Positions 24,519 through 35,519 of a stretch of DNA of 64,000 bases are shown here, one piece after another (positions within the stretch are counted from its first letter, which is position 1; the number at the start of each line of letters is the position of its first letter). The position numbers were made by a program, and so were the translations under genes. The stretch comes from Oikopleura dioica (lineage: Eukaryota; Animalia; Chordata), in assembly GCA_907165135.1 (NCBI GenBank), contig OU015568.1, positions 14,322,001-14,386,000 on the forward strand, read 5' to 3'. A model generated the notes under the pieces. That model was given only the letters and a program-made list of their open reading frames with translations, was not told the origin of the DNA and made no database searches.

Positions 24519-24966
24519 TTAAGCTGAACACTGCATGTTTTACGTCTTATCGATGATAGGCTTAATTCCCTAAGAGCTTTACGACAGGTTTTGAACGCAT
24601 GTGAAACTTTAATGACAGTTTTGATGGCTGATAGGAGCAGCATCTGCGTTTTCTAGGAGTTTTCTTGTTTTGGACAACATTTCCAAAATAGAAATAAATC
24701 TTGAAATTGTAATAAAATACAAAATTTATTTAAAAATTTAGCTCAGATTTTCGATTTTCAGTCAGTATAGGAAAATCAAAGTGATCAGCATTTCGAGCTC
24801 TAGCTTGGACTTATCGGAACATGCAATATGAAATCAACAAGCAATCATTTTGTAGTCGATAGATTTATTGACAGTAGACTCTCTTGAGAAGAGATAGGCA
24901 AGTCAACGAACTGGGGGTCCACTTCCTGCTAGTTTTATTTTCTGTTGATATTTATGGAAGCTGCTG

Positions 24967-24981
24967 GTAACCAGCAGTAAC
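24967..24981 (+). promoter_or_regulatory. RFX X-box upstream of FAM166/CIMIP2
   Basis: GTAACC-AGC-AGTAAC matches GTNRCC(N0-3)RGYAAC and lies about 205 bp before the ATG of a ciliary gene. Confidence 0.5.
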
Positions 24982-25185
24982 GGGAAATCAAGTCGCAAGC
25001 AAGCTGGTGGCACTTTGAACAACTACGCCCGGGCGACCCCAAATTCATGATGTTTTGAAAGCGCAAGAGTTGAGAGTTCCCCGCGTAAAAAGTCTTTTTC
25101 TCACGTTCTTCAAACGTCATTTCTTTCATTGAAAAAACACAACTGAAGACATAGAAGAGATTTCCTTTTAGAGAGAAGGCGAAAG

Positions 25186-27014
25186 ATGACAGTCGAAACT
25201 CTTATGGCTCCGGAGCCGCATTTCAAGCCAGGGTAATTTAAATTTTTACACAGCAAAGAATCGGAAGAATTAATCAAATATAGATACACTGGCTACCTGG
25301 AAAAGAGAAATTATTACATTGGCGGCTCGCTTGGCAAGAGATCCCATACATCTCTTGAATCCCGTAGAAAAGAAGTGAGTGACCGGAAGATGTTCTTGAG
25401 AATAGTAATTTTAGTCGCCGAAAATGGAGCTTTTTGTTCATGGCAGAGCAGTTTCAAATCCGAAAATGGACGACCGCAAAGCTCGATTATCCCGAATACG
25501 CCCCCAGCCGGATATACAGGTACACTTTGCTTTATTGACCTCTTCCTGTCATAAATCTCCAGTCAAAAAATTTTGACATCGATATTTATCATCAAACACA
25601 GCTATGTCCTTCTGAGCAGTTCCTGTTCGTCTGCATTATCTTGATAAGAAAGGATGTCCGCCCGGTTTTTTATTATTCGTTTTCTGATTTTTTCCTCGAA
25701 ATTGGATTTTTAGCGATCAAACTTTCAATTGTATTTGACACTTCTCACCCTCAGCTCTGATAAATACTGTAATCTGATTATTTCTTGACTGATTATTAAG
25801 GATATGTGCCGAAGAGTCATGGAAACGAAGGTATTGGTGAGCGATACGCTGTCCGTGCGCTCAACGGTTTTCGTAGTCAAGGACAAGTTCTATCCCGTGT
25901 TTTCTCCCCATTTTTCTCTCCTTATTTAATCAAATACAAGCTTCCTATGGGGAGTTTCCTGTGCCGCAGAATCTTCAGTTGGGTAACCACTATTCCTCGG
26001 CCAGTTTTACTTTTAACTTGCTTTTGAACTCTGCCGAAAGACACGCACAATAAGAGGACTGCCCACAAAATGACGAACATCCGAGCGGCCGAAATTCAAC
26101 AACTTCAGCAGGTAAGACTTTAAAAGGTCAAACAGGAGGACCGCGCCGGATATTGACAAGTCTTACTAAACATCTGATCGACATTTACTGTCAAATATCA
26201 AAATCGGTGATTGAAGGATCGCTTCCTCGAGAACGTCATTTGTTCAGGAAACTCTTACCATCATTCCTTTATTTAGCGACTGACAAATGAGCCGAATAAA
26301 ATATCAAGGTCAAGGTTAAAAAGTTTCCTTTAGGAATATTAAACAATCAATTACTGACCCTTATATTAACCACGGAAAGATCTTCTTCCGCCCATCCAAT
26401 GTCACATCCTCATCTAAATGCTCCTCAGCCACCTTCAAATCCTCCAAAAAGCTACTTTATGAACCAAGATAATCCCGAGCGATATCATAAATCTGGCTAT
26501 ACAGGATATCTGCCGAGATCACGAGATTTCTACGCCGCCGGTCTATCAACCGTCAGCACATCAGGTACAGTAGTTGAATAAATACTCAGCTGCTAAGTGT
26601 TTGGCCGAATCGCAGCTCCATAAATAGCTTCGGAAGTTGAGGAAATTGACTCTTAAATTGAGCTTATTGGATTTAAATGTCGATGATCTTGATTTTGTCT
26701 TTCAGCTCTTTCGCGAATGGACTCCGAACTACAGACAGGACGGTATTGTCCCTTCCCTCGACAAGGATTGAAACCACATGAGCGGCCACAAACTGACTCG
26801 CGTCTCACGCGAGGAATGGGAATGAAGCCAGGCTATACCGGTTATATTCCAGGTTAGAATCAAAGAATCTCTGTCGTATTCTGTCAAGATATGGATGATC
26901 CAACCAAGATCAAGAAAAATAACCCTTCACAAATAAATGCATTAAGGATCGCGATACGAGTTTGCAAAGACTTACGGTAAAATCACCTTCCACACGTTCA
27001 ACAAAGACCTCTAA
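25186..27014 (+). CDS. FAM166/CIMIP2-family ciliary microtubule inner protein (many small exons)
   Basis: N-terminus MTVETLMAPEPHFKPG|YTGY resembles FAM166A (PEPHYVPGY). Repeated GYTGY(L/I/V)P motifs at about 25800, 26495 and 26835; stop TAA at 27012-27014. Confidence 0.75.
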
Positions 27015-27401
27015 TATCCGGGTTTTAATACTGTGTACAAATCTGCAGATTTTGTTTTTGGATCTTGTCTTTTATATTGTCTGGTCGCCCGTCGTTTTAT
27101 TTTTATTTCAATAAAATCAGAAAAGAAGCTCTTTTCTAGAACACGTGTTATTTCAAGCTGAGCAATAACAAATCCTTCTTACAGTAATCCTCGTTAACGT
27201 AAAAGTCTATATTTTAATACGATTCGATAGAAAACTCACTCAAAATCTACAGTAAAAACTCCTCAATAACCGCAAATAAAAACGAAGGTAAATTTTATAA
27301 AAAAGGTTTGCTTTATTAAATATATACAATATTTACAAGAAAATGCGCACACTTATGAATAATCTGAAGCTTTAACTGATCTTGATCGTTTCGTACAGTA
27401 T

Positions 27402-28091
27402 TTAATGAGCCCGAATAGCGTCGCCAGAACTTCCCGAAGTGCGGAGAGAGTTAAACTTGTTAGTTGATTTTATCTCATCTTCCATGCCCAAGATGGTTTC
27501 CTTCAAGACGTTCTTTAGTGAGTTCAGTTGTTCTTTATGGCTAAATAAAGGGTGAATTTAAAGCGTGTTCTCAAGAACTTACTTGTCAGCTTCATGTTTG
27601 TATTCTTCCTGCTTTTTGAGCTGCTTTCTTTCGAAGTTCTTTCGGCAGATGACTTCGGAGTCGAGCTTCTTCTGAAGTCCCTTGACGCAATCAAGGAGGA
27701 GTTCAGATGATCGCTGGAGCATCTTTCGCTCTTTCTTCTCCTCTTTCAGTTTCTCCTCGAGCTCTGTAATTTTGACTTCTGAAAAGGAAGTTAAAATATT
27801 TGTAAAGTTACTGTTTTATTTACCTTTCTTTTTCGCCAAAGAATGCGTCCAAGACTGGTAAAGCATAGTAAGTACTGTAATTGCGACCATAAACAAGCTT
27901 GGAAGGAATGCAATGATTTGCTTAGCATAGATCACTGCGGTTCGCCTAAAATATGTAAATAATCGAAAAAGCAGAAACAAAGCTTACCCAGCAGTTACAG
28001 GGATCATAGTGACAAGAGCAGCAGTCGTCTTCAAAATCCAAAGATACACGACATTATTCTTCAGCTGAGACAATTGGACTGGATTGATCAT
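27402..28091 (-). CDS. Small membrane-anchored coiled-coil protein of unknown function
   Basis: Four or five short exons joined by GT-AG introns: hydrophobic segment (IIAFLPSLFMVAITVLTML) followed by a heptad-rich region (KITELEEKLKEEKKERK). Confidence 0.45.
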
Positions 28092-28638
28092 CTCGCGGAG
28101 GTGCAAATTTTAAACTGATTTGGTGTTTTCAAAACTTTTTCTGTTGGAGCAATGTTCTAGAGAATCTTCGCTATTTGTCGATTTTTCTTCGAAAACAAAG
28201 AAGAGAAATTCTGGGATGCAAACGAATTTTGTAGACAGTTGAAAGAGCGTGCTGTCCAGTATTTTGACATGGACAACTGCAAAACGTCGAAAATTGTTCG
28301 AGCCTTGTTTATATGCTTGAAAGTTTCAAGGTCTTCAGATTCTGCAAAGAAAATTAACATGCAAGCGCAGCTTTTTGACCTTCAATGACAGTAGTTTGGG
28401 AATCTCTGACGAAATTTCGGAGGCAAAGCAAATCTAGCTATCAAAAAATAGAATGCTGAGCGGCGTTTGAGTTAGGATTAAAATTGACAGGTTCTATCTC
28501 TCTAGGACCATAACTGCTGCCAAGAATAATGCTACCATTGTGAGTTACTGTCAAATTTTGTCATAACAATGATTCTGATTGAGGGAGAAAATTTCTGTTC
28601 TTCAGATTCATATATTTACAGTTCTTTTTGTACAGTTA

Positions 28639-29256
28639 CTAGCAGGCGTTGAGAAAATGTATAATGAATCCAACGATAACGCCAGCGTAAATATTATTCA
28701 CCAGCATCACTAGAATTAAATAAGTAAAAACGCGAAAGCAAACGAAATCCTTACATAAAATCTGGACAATGTAGAAGGTTTGAAGACGCTCCTCGCTTGA
28801 TTTTACTTGATTTTCCGGACTGATTGGTTTTGATTTTTCCAAATCATTTTCTTGGATTTCGATCCTCACTGTGCATATTCTGCAAACAGTTTTGAGAATA
28901 ATGAGAGTTGAAACACCAATGGCTAGGAAGTTTGATGAAAACGGGCGAAGATAGAAACGAGGTGTACCTATTGAAGATAGGCCGATGCAAGCATCAAGGA
29001 CTTTTAAATTCGGATCTTCTTTTGAATAGATGTTCATGAGAAGCGCTGCGGATGTGAAGTTGAGGACGAAAAGAAACCAGAGAAAGTAGTAATCACCAGA
29101 CAAGCTTCTATGCGTAACACTGCTTCCGTAGTACGAAGAAACTCCCATTATGACGACATTGTAGCTGATCCAAAAGCAGGCAGTGATGAAGGCAACATGA
29201 ATGTCGTAGTCTTGGCAGAAGTTGAAAGAGCTGTATGCGGGTAGAATGTCTTGCAT
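28639..29256 (-). CDS. Multi-pass membrane protein exon, family not identified
   Basis: 205-aa ORF with at least four hydrophobic segments. Confidence 0.4.
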   Translation of the reverse strand: MQDILPAYSSFNFCQDYDIHVAFITACFWISYNVVIMGVSSYYGSSVTHRSLSGDYYFLWFLFVLNFTSAALLMNIYSKEDPNLKVLDACIGLSSIGTPRFYLRPFSSNFLAIGVSTLIILKTVCRICTVRIEIQENDLEKSKPISPENQVKSSEERLQTFYIVQILCKDFVCFRVFTYLILVMLVNNIYAGVIVGFIIHFLNAC

Positions 29257-29662
29257 CTCTTAGTTTTTTGATACTGGTAATGAGGTGCTTTTCTCAGCAT
29301 GTATTTTATAAAGAGCGGCTAATTTCATGCTGTATTTGCAGAACATTAAATAGAAGCGATTTCCTATACTTTTCCTTTGCGATTTCAAATGCATCAGAAG
29401 AGTCTCTAACCGCTGCAAGAAAACAAGAATACTTAGTCATTTCTTATATCATAGAAACTTTACGTACAGCATGCAGCCTACTGCATTTGATTATAGCGTG
29501 CTTGTTTCGATGAGTCAATAAGAAGCCTAGGGGCGTCATCTTTTCAAAAAAGCTTTTCAAATTCGGAGCAAAATTAATTTTGCTTGGTTCTATTGTCCAC
29601 GACCATAAAAATTTTGAAGAAGCACACCAAGTCTTTTTAACAAGAAAAATACGAAAACTCAA

Positions 29663-31425
29663 ATGGAGAACGGAAGATTCAAGAGTAAATTTGGCTACGA
29701 ACTAGAAACTTACAAATGGAAGCCCGAAGGAACGCCAAAAGTATGTTTATTGAGAATTTACGTGTTTAAAAATATTCAGTTCGTTTTCTACCTCTGTCAT
29801 GGCTATGGCGAATGGGCTGGAAACCACGGTTATACGCGGGAATTTCTGCCTAAGCTTCTTGAACTTGGCGCCGTTGTCTTCAGTCATGATCACTATGCTC
29901 ACGGAAAATCTGGTCCTTTTGAAAGAACCCACCGCGATCGATGTCAAATTAAGGATATACCCGATAAAATTGAACTTTCATAGCGCCTAAATACGAGGTC
30001 GGATCATTTTTATTTCAAAAGCAATCCTACTTAAAATTGTGCTTTAAATTAAATTCTGGTACTTTTTTAGAAATTTTCATAAGAATTTTCCTCTCTCGAG
30101 CGATTTGAAAACGAACTCTCTCGATTTCTCGAAATTTTTCCACTAAATCGCTAAAACTGAACCGTATTCTGTATTGCAATGATGCTAAGCTACAAAATTG
30201 ATGGGATCAAATTCTTAAACTCGATCGAATTTTTCATTCTAGTGTTCTCTTCTTTTCTACCCTTGTTTTCTTCTCTACGCGTTTTTTCGCGTGCTACCAA
30301 TCAGAGCGGTGCGCTCAACCACGCACTTTCTCTCGGAAAAGAGGACTCGAGTGAGCGAGCTCCCAGCGCGCCGCTTTGTAGAGCTTTCACGCGCTGAGTA
30401 GCCCTCAATGAAATGGCTCTAGAATCGGTTTCCTTCGGAATTAACGAAAAGTAAACCATCAAAATTGTAGATAAAGGTCTAAAGAACTTATCTATCGAAA
30501 AATCTCGACCGATTTAGTCCAAAAATTTCGAGTAATCGAGAGAGTAAGATTTGAAATCGCTCTAAAGAGAAAAATTCAAATGAGAAAATATAAATAAGTA
30601 CCAAATATGAGTTCTACGTGCATTTTAACGTAGAATTGCTTTTGAAATATAAATGATCCTACGTCGCATTTCGACGCTATGAAAGTTCAATTTTATCGGG
30701 TATATCCTTAAGAGTTTCGATGAAACTGCGAGCGATCTCTGCGCTAGAATCAAAATCGCAAGAGAAGAATACCCAGCCCTTCCATGTCTTCTGCTCGGTT
30801 GTTCTATGGGCGGCTTGATAAGTTTTGTAGCAGTGATGAACGAAAAACCAGATATTGATGGGCTCATGCTTTTAGCTCCAGCAATCCAGGTAAAATCTAA
30901 AAAAAAATTTTGCTTACGATTCAACGTAGATTGACAAAAAATCAGCACCAGCTTGGCTTCGAGCTCTTGGTCGAGTTATTGGTTTCATTTACCCGAGCAT
31001 GAAGAGCCCTCTTCCATTGGATCTCGATTTGATTACCAGAAATAAGGTTAGACTTTTTTTTGTGCATAAATGCCAATGTTTACAAGGAACACGCTGAGTG
31101 GATAAAAAAAGATATCGAAGAATACGGAGACAATGGAGGCTACGACTGCGGATTCGCTCTTCGAATGCTCAAAGCCCAAGAAAAGATTCAAGCTTGGATT
31201 GAAGCGAGAAATTTCCCAAAAGAACTTCCAGTTGTTCTTTTTACCGGAACGAAGGACGAAATTTGCACACCTGAAGGGTGTTACTTCGCTGAGAAGAACA
31301 TCGAAGGTTCGAAATTATATACCTACGAAGGTGCAGCTCATGCACTTACAAACGAACTCCCGGAAACGGCTGAAAAGTTTTATGAAGACTTGTCTTCCTG
31401 GATTACTTCTGTGATTTCTAAATAA
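29663..31425 (+). CDS. MGLL: Monoglyceride lipase-like alpha/beta hydrolase; exon 2 interrupted by a MITE or MITE-derived intron
   Basis: HGYGEW, DH..HGKS, nucleophile GCSMGG, catalytic Asp (GTKDEI) and His (AAHAL). The frame is restored exactly by removing 29954-30712. Confidence 0.88.
29953..30707. mobile_element. Kolobok-like MITE inside MGLL coding sequence; candidate GA-AG intron 29954-30712
   Basis: TTAA TSD at 29949-29952 and 30708-30711; TIR GGATATACCCGATAAAATTGAACTTTCATAGCG (33 bp identical, about 250 bp imperfect). Confidence 0.92.
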
Positions 31426-31536
31426 AGTCTTATTGGCAATGCACTGTGAGAAATTAGCTGATCTTCTTCTGTCCCATAATTCTAGAATAACAAACGGGTT
31501 GATGCCTTACGATTATTTAAATAAACAGTTGTAAAA

Positions 31537-32447
31537 ATGTCGTACGGATCAAATGTTCCAAGTTATTGTTTTCCAGCTCAATCAACTCCATATCCTCAAG
31601 CGTCCCAATTTCCTCTAACGAACCAAGCTCCATATCCACCATCACCTCGTCAATCGCAAACTTCGCCTCTGCCATCTCCAGTCGCAGTTACTGTAGATCA
31701 GCAGATTATCCCGGGTCCCGTTAATAATACGCCCAAGAGACGGTGTTCCCAACAGATGATCTATCGAAAAGTTATAGTGAACTGATATAACAAATTCATA
31801 TTGAACACTGTTTGAAGGCGGTAATAAATAAATTATTTATTATAGAGAAGAAAAAGAAAATAATAGATTGAAAGGATTGATCGTCTTTATCGTGATTATC
31901 CTTGTCCTTTACATAGCACTGGATCCAAAGTCAATGATGGCAACTGACAAAGCTTGGTGTGGCACGACAACGGAAGAAAATCAAGCCCCGCTTGACGAAT
32001 TGGTACTTCTTCCAGGAGGTAACGATGTTACTTTCTTTGGCGGCAGATATTATGCTGAGTTCAACCCCCAAGTGTCGAACGAGCTTGAATGTTCAATTGA
32101 TGTGATGTTTCGTACTCATGGTCAAATTACAGGAATAGATCAAGCTGTTTTTACTATACCTTCGATAAATCCAAACAAAAACATAATTTGATCGTGTAAA
32201 AAGTCAAGGGAAGTGTAGACTTTGCAGGATACGATTGCGAGGAAGTTTATGCGAAAATTCAAGGTTCAATTTATCTTTTATCGATCTTTATTATCCCATT
32301 AAACTTTCAGGACAAAAAATTTGCGGGCAACAAGAAATAAACCGCGGGTTTTACGACCAGAATATCGAGATTGTCTTCGTTGGTAATGTCTCTGATAACG
32401 ATGCTTCGACTATTGGAATTTTCGACCTCATTATCAGCAACCCATAA
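31537..32447 (+). CDS. Type II membrane protein with a Pro/Gln-rich cytoplasmic N-terminus, function unknown
   Basis: P/Q-rich ORF 31537-31785, TM segment (GLIVFIVIILVLYIAL) and Cys-containing ectodomain exons up to the stop at 32447. Confidence 0.55.
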
Positions 32448-32778
32448 CTGATGGACTATAACTGTTTTTCTTAACGTTCTCAATAAATAAACTAATTATT
32501 CGTTAATCAATAAAGATTCCGTAGTTTTTAATTTCAGAATCTTAGACGATAAAATAGAAATTTCTTCAGCGTTAAATATTCCATAAATATGACGTCAGTA
32601 AAAGAACGTCGATCATTCAGAATGATGATTCATTCTTCTGAGAACAGAATTCCAGGTCAGACTTTCCTCTGAGTCCTACGCAGTAAATTTTAATTACCGA
32701 ACAAATGATCCGCGCCGTATATAATCGTATGTCTTTCTCTATTTGAAACACAGAAAAAGCTCACTAAAACCGACGAAA

Positions 32779-33510
32779 ATGTATAATTTTTTGAACACCC
32801 AAATCGACAAAATCAGCAAGCTCCTCTTTTCATGCTCATGTCTTCTCCTTGTCACGCAGATTTTCTCCATCAGCGTCGGCGTCAAGTACGGAGTTTACTT
32901 TGCATTGGAAGTGTTTCTCAGTGGAATAGCGATTTCGATAGTGCCTGGCATAGCTGGATGGCTGGGAATAACGCAGGCTAAAAAAGAGCAAGGGCCTGAT
33001 TTCTACATCAGCTTCAAAACGGTTGCCTGCGTGGTAAGTTGATCACTGTGTATGTTCATTTATGTTCATTTTTCAGGGAAATTTTGCTGGATCTGTCGCG
33101 GTTGTTGGCTTTTTGCTTTTCGCGACATATTTGGGAGCTGTCGCTTATAGTCTGTCAACCTGGGGTGGATCTAGATATTGGTTTGGAATGTCACATCGTA
33201 AGTTTAAAAGAAAATTTCAGATTATAAGAAAATTCAGCTATGAAATGGGCTTATCTCTCTATGCTGGTTATTGAATGGTTCCTTATGACGATTATTATGT
33301 CTGTCTCCTTCGTCCTTGCAAATTACTTTGGATGCACATGCTGTTGCCAGGTACAGAAATGAAATTTTATCATAAATAAGATCTCATCACAAGGATCCAT
33401 CGAACTCTGTGGCAATCGCTCCGGTTGTCGTTCAGGATGCGCCTCTTACCGTTGTCACTGTTCGTGAGGAGCCCTCATCCGAAAAGGCAGAAGAGATTCA
33501 GGGTTTCTGA
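32779..33510 (+). CDS. Four-TM MS4A/CD20-like membrane protein
   Basis: Four hydrophobic helices over four exons; the last TM ends in CTCCCQ followed by a short acidic tail. Confidence 0.55.
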
Positions 33511-33804
33511 TCAACTTCGTTTCTTTGAACAGCTATTAACTCTGACAGTGATTCTGACATAATTATCCATTGAATAAATAAAGTGACGCTGCATAAAATA
33601 AAAACGATGTAAACAAAATTATGTTATCATATTAATTGTATTGGACCTTTTAATAGAATTGCACTTGAGTCATTTGGACAGTTAATAATTTTGTCTAATA
33701 GTAGGTTTGCGGTTGCGTTTTCATCGACTGGAGAAAACTGGCGAATTTGAAGTTGGGGGCACTTTTTTCTATCAGTTTTGGCAGGGCACTGGAGAAGGGG
33801 GAGT

Positions 33805-34729
33805 TTATTCTTTGACGGGCTCCTTGGAGACGGCGAAGGGCTCGGCGACAGCTTCGTGTCGGGAGGCCTTGATGACGCAGTCCTTGACGGGTCGGTCCTG
33901 CGCGCCGGTCTTGGTTCCTTCGATCTTTCGGACAACATCCTAGAGTTTTTTGTTAGTAAGGGAAATTGAGAATGCTGGCTTACCATTCCACTAAGGATCT
34001 TGCCAAAGACAACGTGTCGTCCATCGAGCCATGGGGTCTTGACGGTGGTGAGGAAGAACTGGGAGCCGTTGGTGTCCTTTCCAGCGTTGGCCATTGAGAG
34101 CCAGCCAGCGCCGTAGTGCTTGAGCTTGAAGTTCTCGTCAGCGAATTTTTCTCCATAAATAGATTTGCCGCCTGTTCCATCTCCTCGAGTGAAATCACCA
34201 CCTTGAAAACATGAGTTAACGCAAGACAAATAATCAAGTTCACATTTTGAACGCAAGTGACCTAAATCTCAAATATCAATAAGATCGAAAAATCAAATAA
34301 CGTATTCAGAATACGGTATTCGTATTGAACTGAATTGTAATATCTTTACGAGTTTGTCAATCCATTCAAAATCAGTTTCATAAAAGTCTTTACCTTGGAT
34401 CATAAAGTCTTTGATAACTCGGTGGAACTTGGAGCCAGCGTAGCCAAATCCCTTGGTGCCAGCGGCGAGGGTGTAGAAATTCTCGACGGTCTTGGGGACG
34501 GTCTTGCCGAAGAGGCCGATCTCGATGGTACCGATGTCTTCGCCTCCCATGGTCATTTCGAAGAAGACCTACGGTGGAATTGAATAAAAAGTTCTCGGTT
34601 AGCATTGAACCATTTTTTTTTTGAGAATTCGCTCTAAAAAAAGCTCACCTTATCAGTAACAAGTGGTCCCTTCTTCTCTTCAGCATGGGCAAGACCCAAA
34701 AGGGCAAGTAGTCCAAGAAAAACCTTCAT
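33805..34729 (-). CDS. PPIB: Peptidyl-prolyl isomerase cyclophilin B (ER), four exons
   Basis: Signal peptide [82 protein letters not shown]. Confidence 0.96.
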
Positions 34730-34805
34730 GAGTCGTTCAGTAGTCGGGGCTGAATCTCTTGACTAAACGAGCAAAGCCAGTAGGAACGCGGACTGGGGTA
34801 AATCG

Positions 34806-34880
34806 CCACGTCAGTGGCACCGGCGACGCGCTATTCGCCGCGACTCAGGGCAAATCTAGATTGCTACTACGACACGTGGC
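34806..34880 (-). promoter_or_regulatory. UPRE/XBP1-ATF6-like elements upstream of PPIB
   Basis: TGACGTGG (reverse complement of 34806-34813) and GACACGTGGC (34871-34880), within 150 bp of the ATG. Confidence 0.45.
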
Positions 34881-35519
34881 CTAACGTTCGAATCGTTCAA
34901 GGCGGAAGAGGAGCGCTGGAAAACCTTCTTTTGATCTCTTGATGGGCTACTTCACATTTCAAAAGCATAATTCCCGAATAAATCTTATAGAAATTTAAAT
35001 ATGAATTGTAAACTCGATCAATTTATAGCGCATAAGTTTTCGAAACTCGACAAGGTTTCATAAGAAAATTAGAAAACTTGATATTCGGCACTTGAGAGTT
35101 CTTATTGGAAACAAGCTTAGCCGATTAGAATCTCAGAACTCTAAAATTTGATCTCTTGTAAACGTGTATATAAGCCTCCCAAAACCTGCATCATATCAAA
35201 CTTAAGGAGAAATACTCTTCTAACAGTCTTATTTGAAATGAAACCTATTTTTGTTTTGAGCAGTGTTGCTCAAACAGGTCAAGCTAGAGTAGAGGAAGTG
35301 AAAGGCTATATTCGAAAGGTAAAAGTGTTTTTTCGATGATATTTCTAAAAGACGCTACTTGCTTTAAAATATAAAGAGATAGCTTCTATCGTAGGGATAT
35401 GCACTCGATAAGATATCGGCGATAAATGCATCGGAGATTCTCCGACTGCTTCTAAATCAGTTCGAAAAGGCATAAATTAACGCTGCAGACACTCCATTTC
35501 TCATTCTGCATAAAGAGAG

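Noticed and set aside
23768-24522. piggyBac assignment based on the TTAA TSD
   Set aside because: The termini are GG..CC rather than CC..GG, which fits Kolobok instead.
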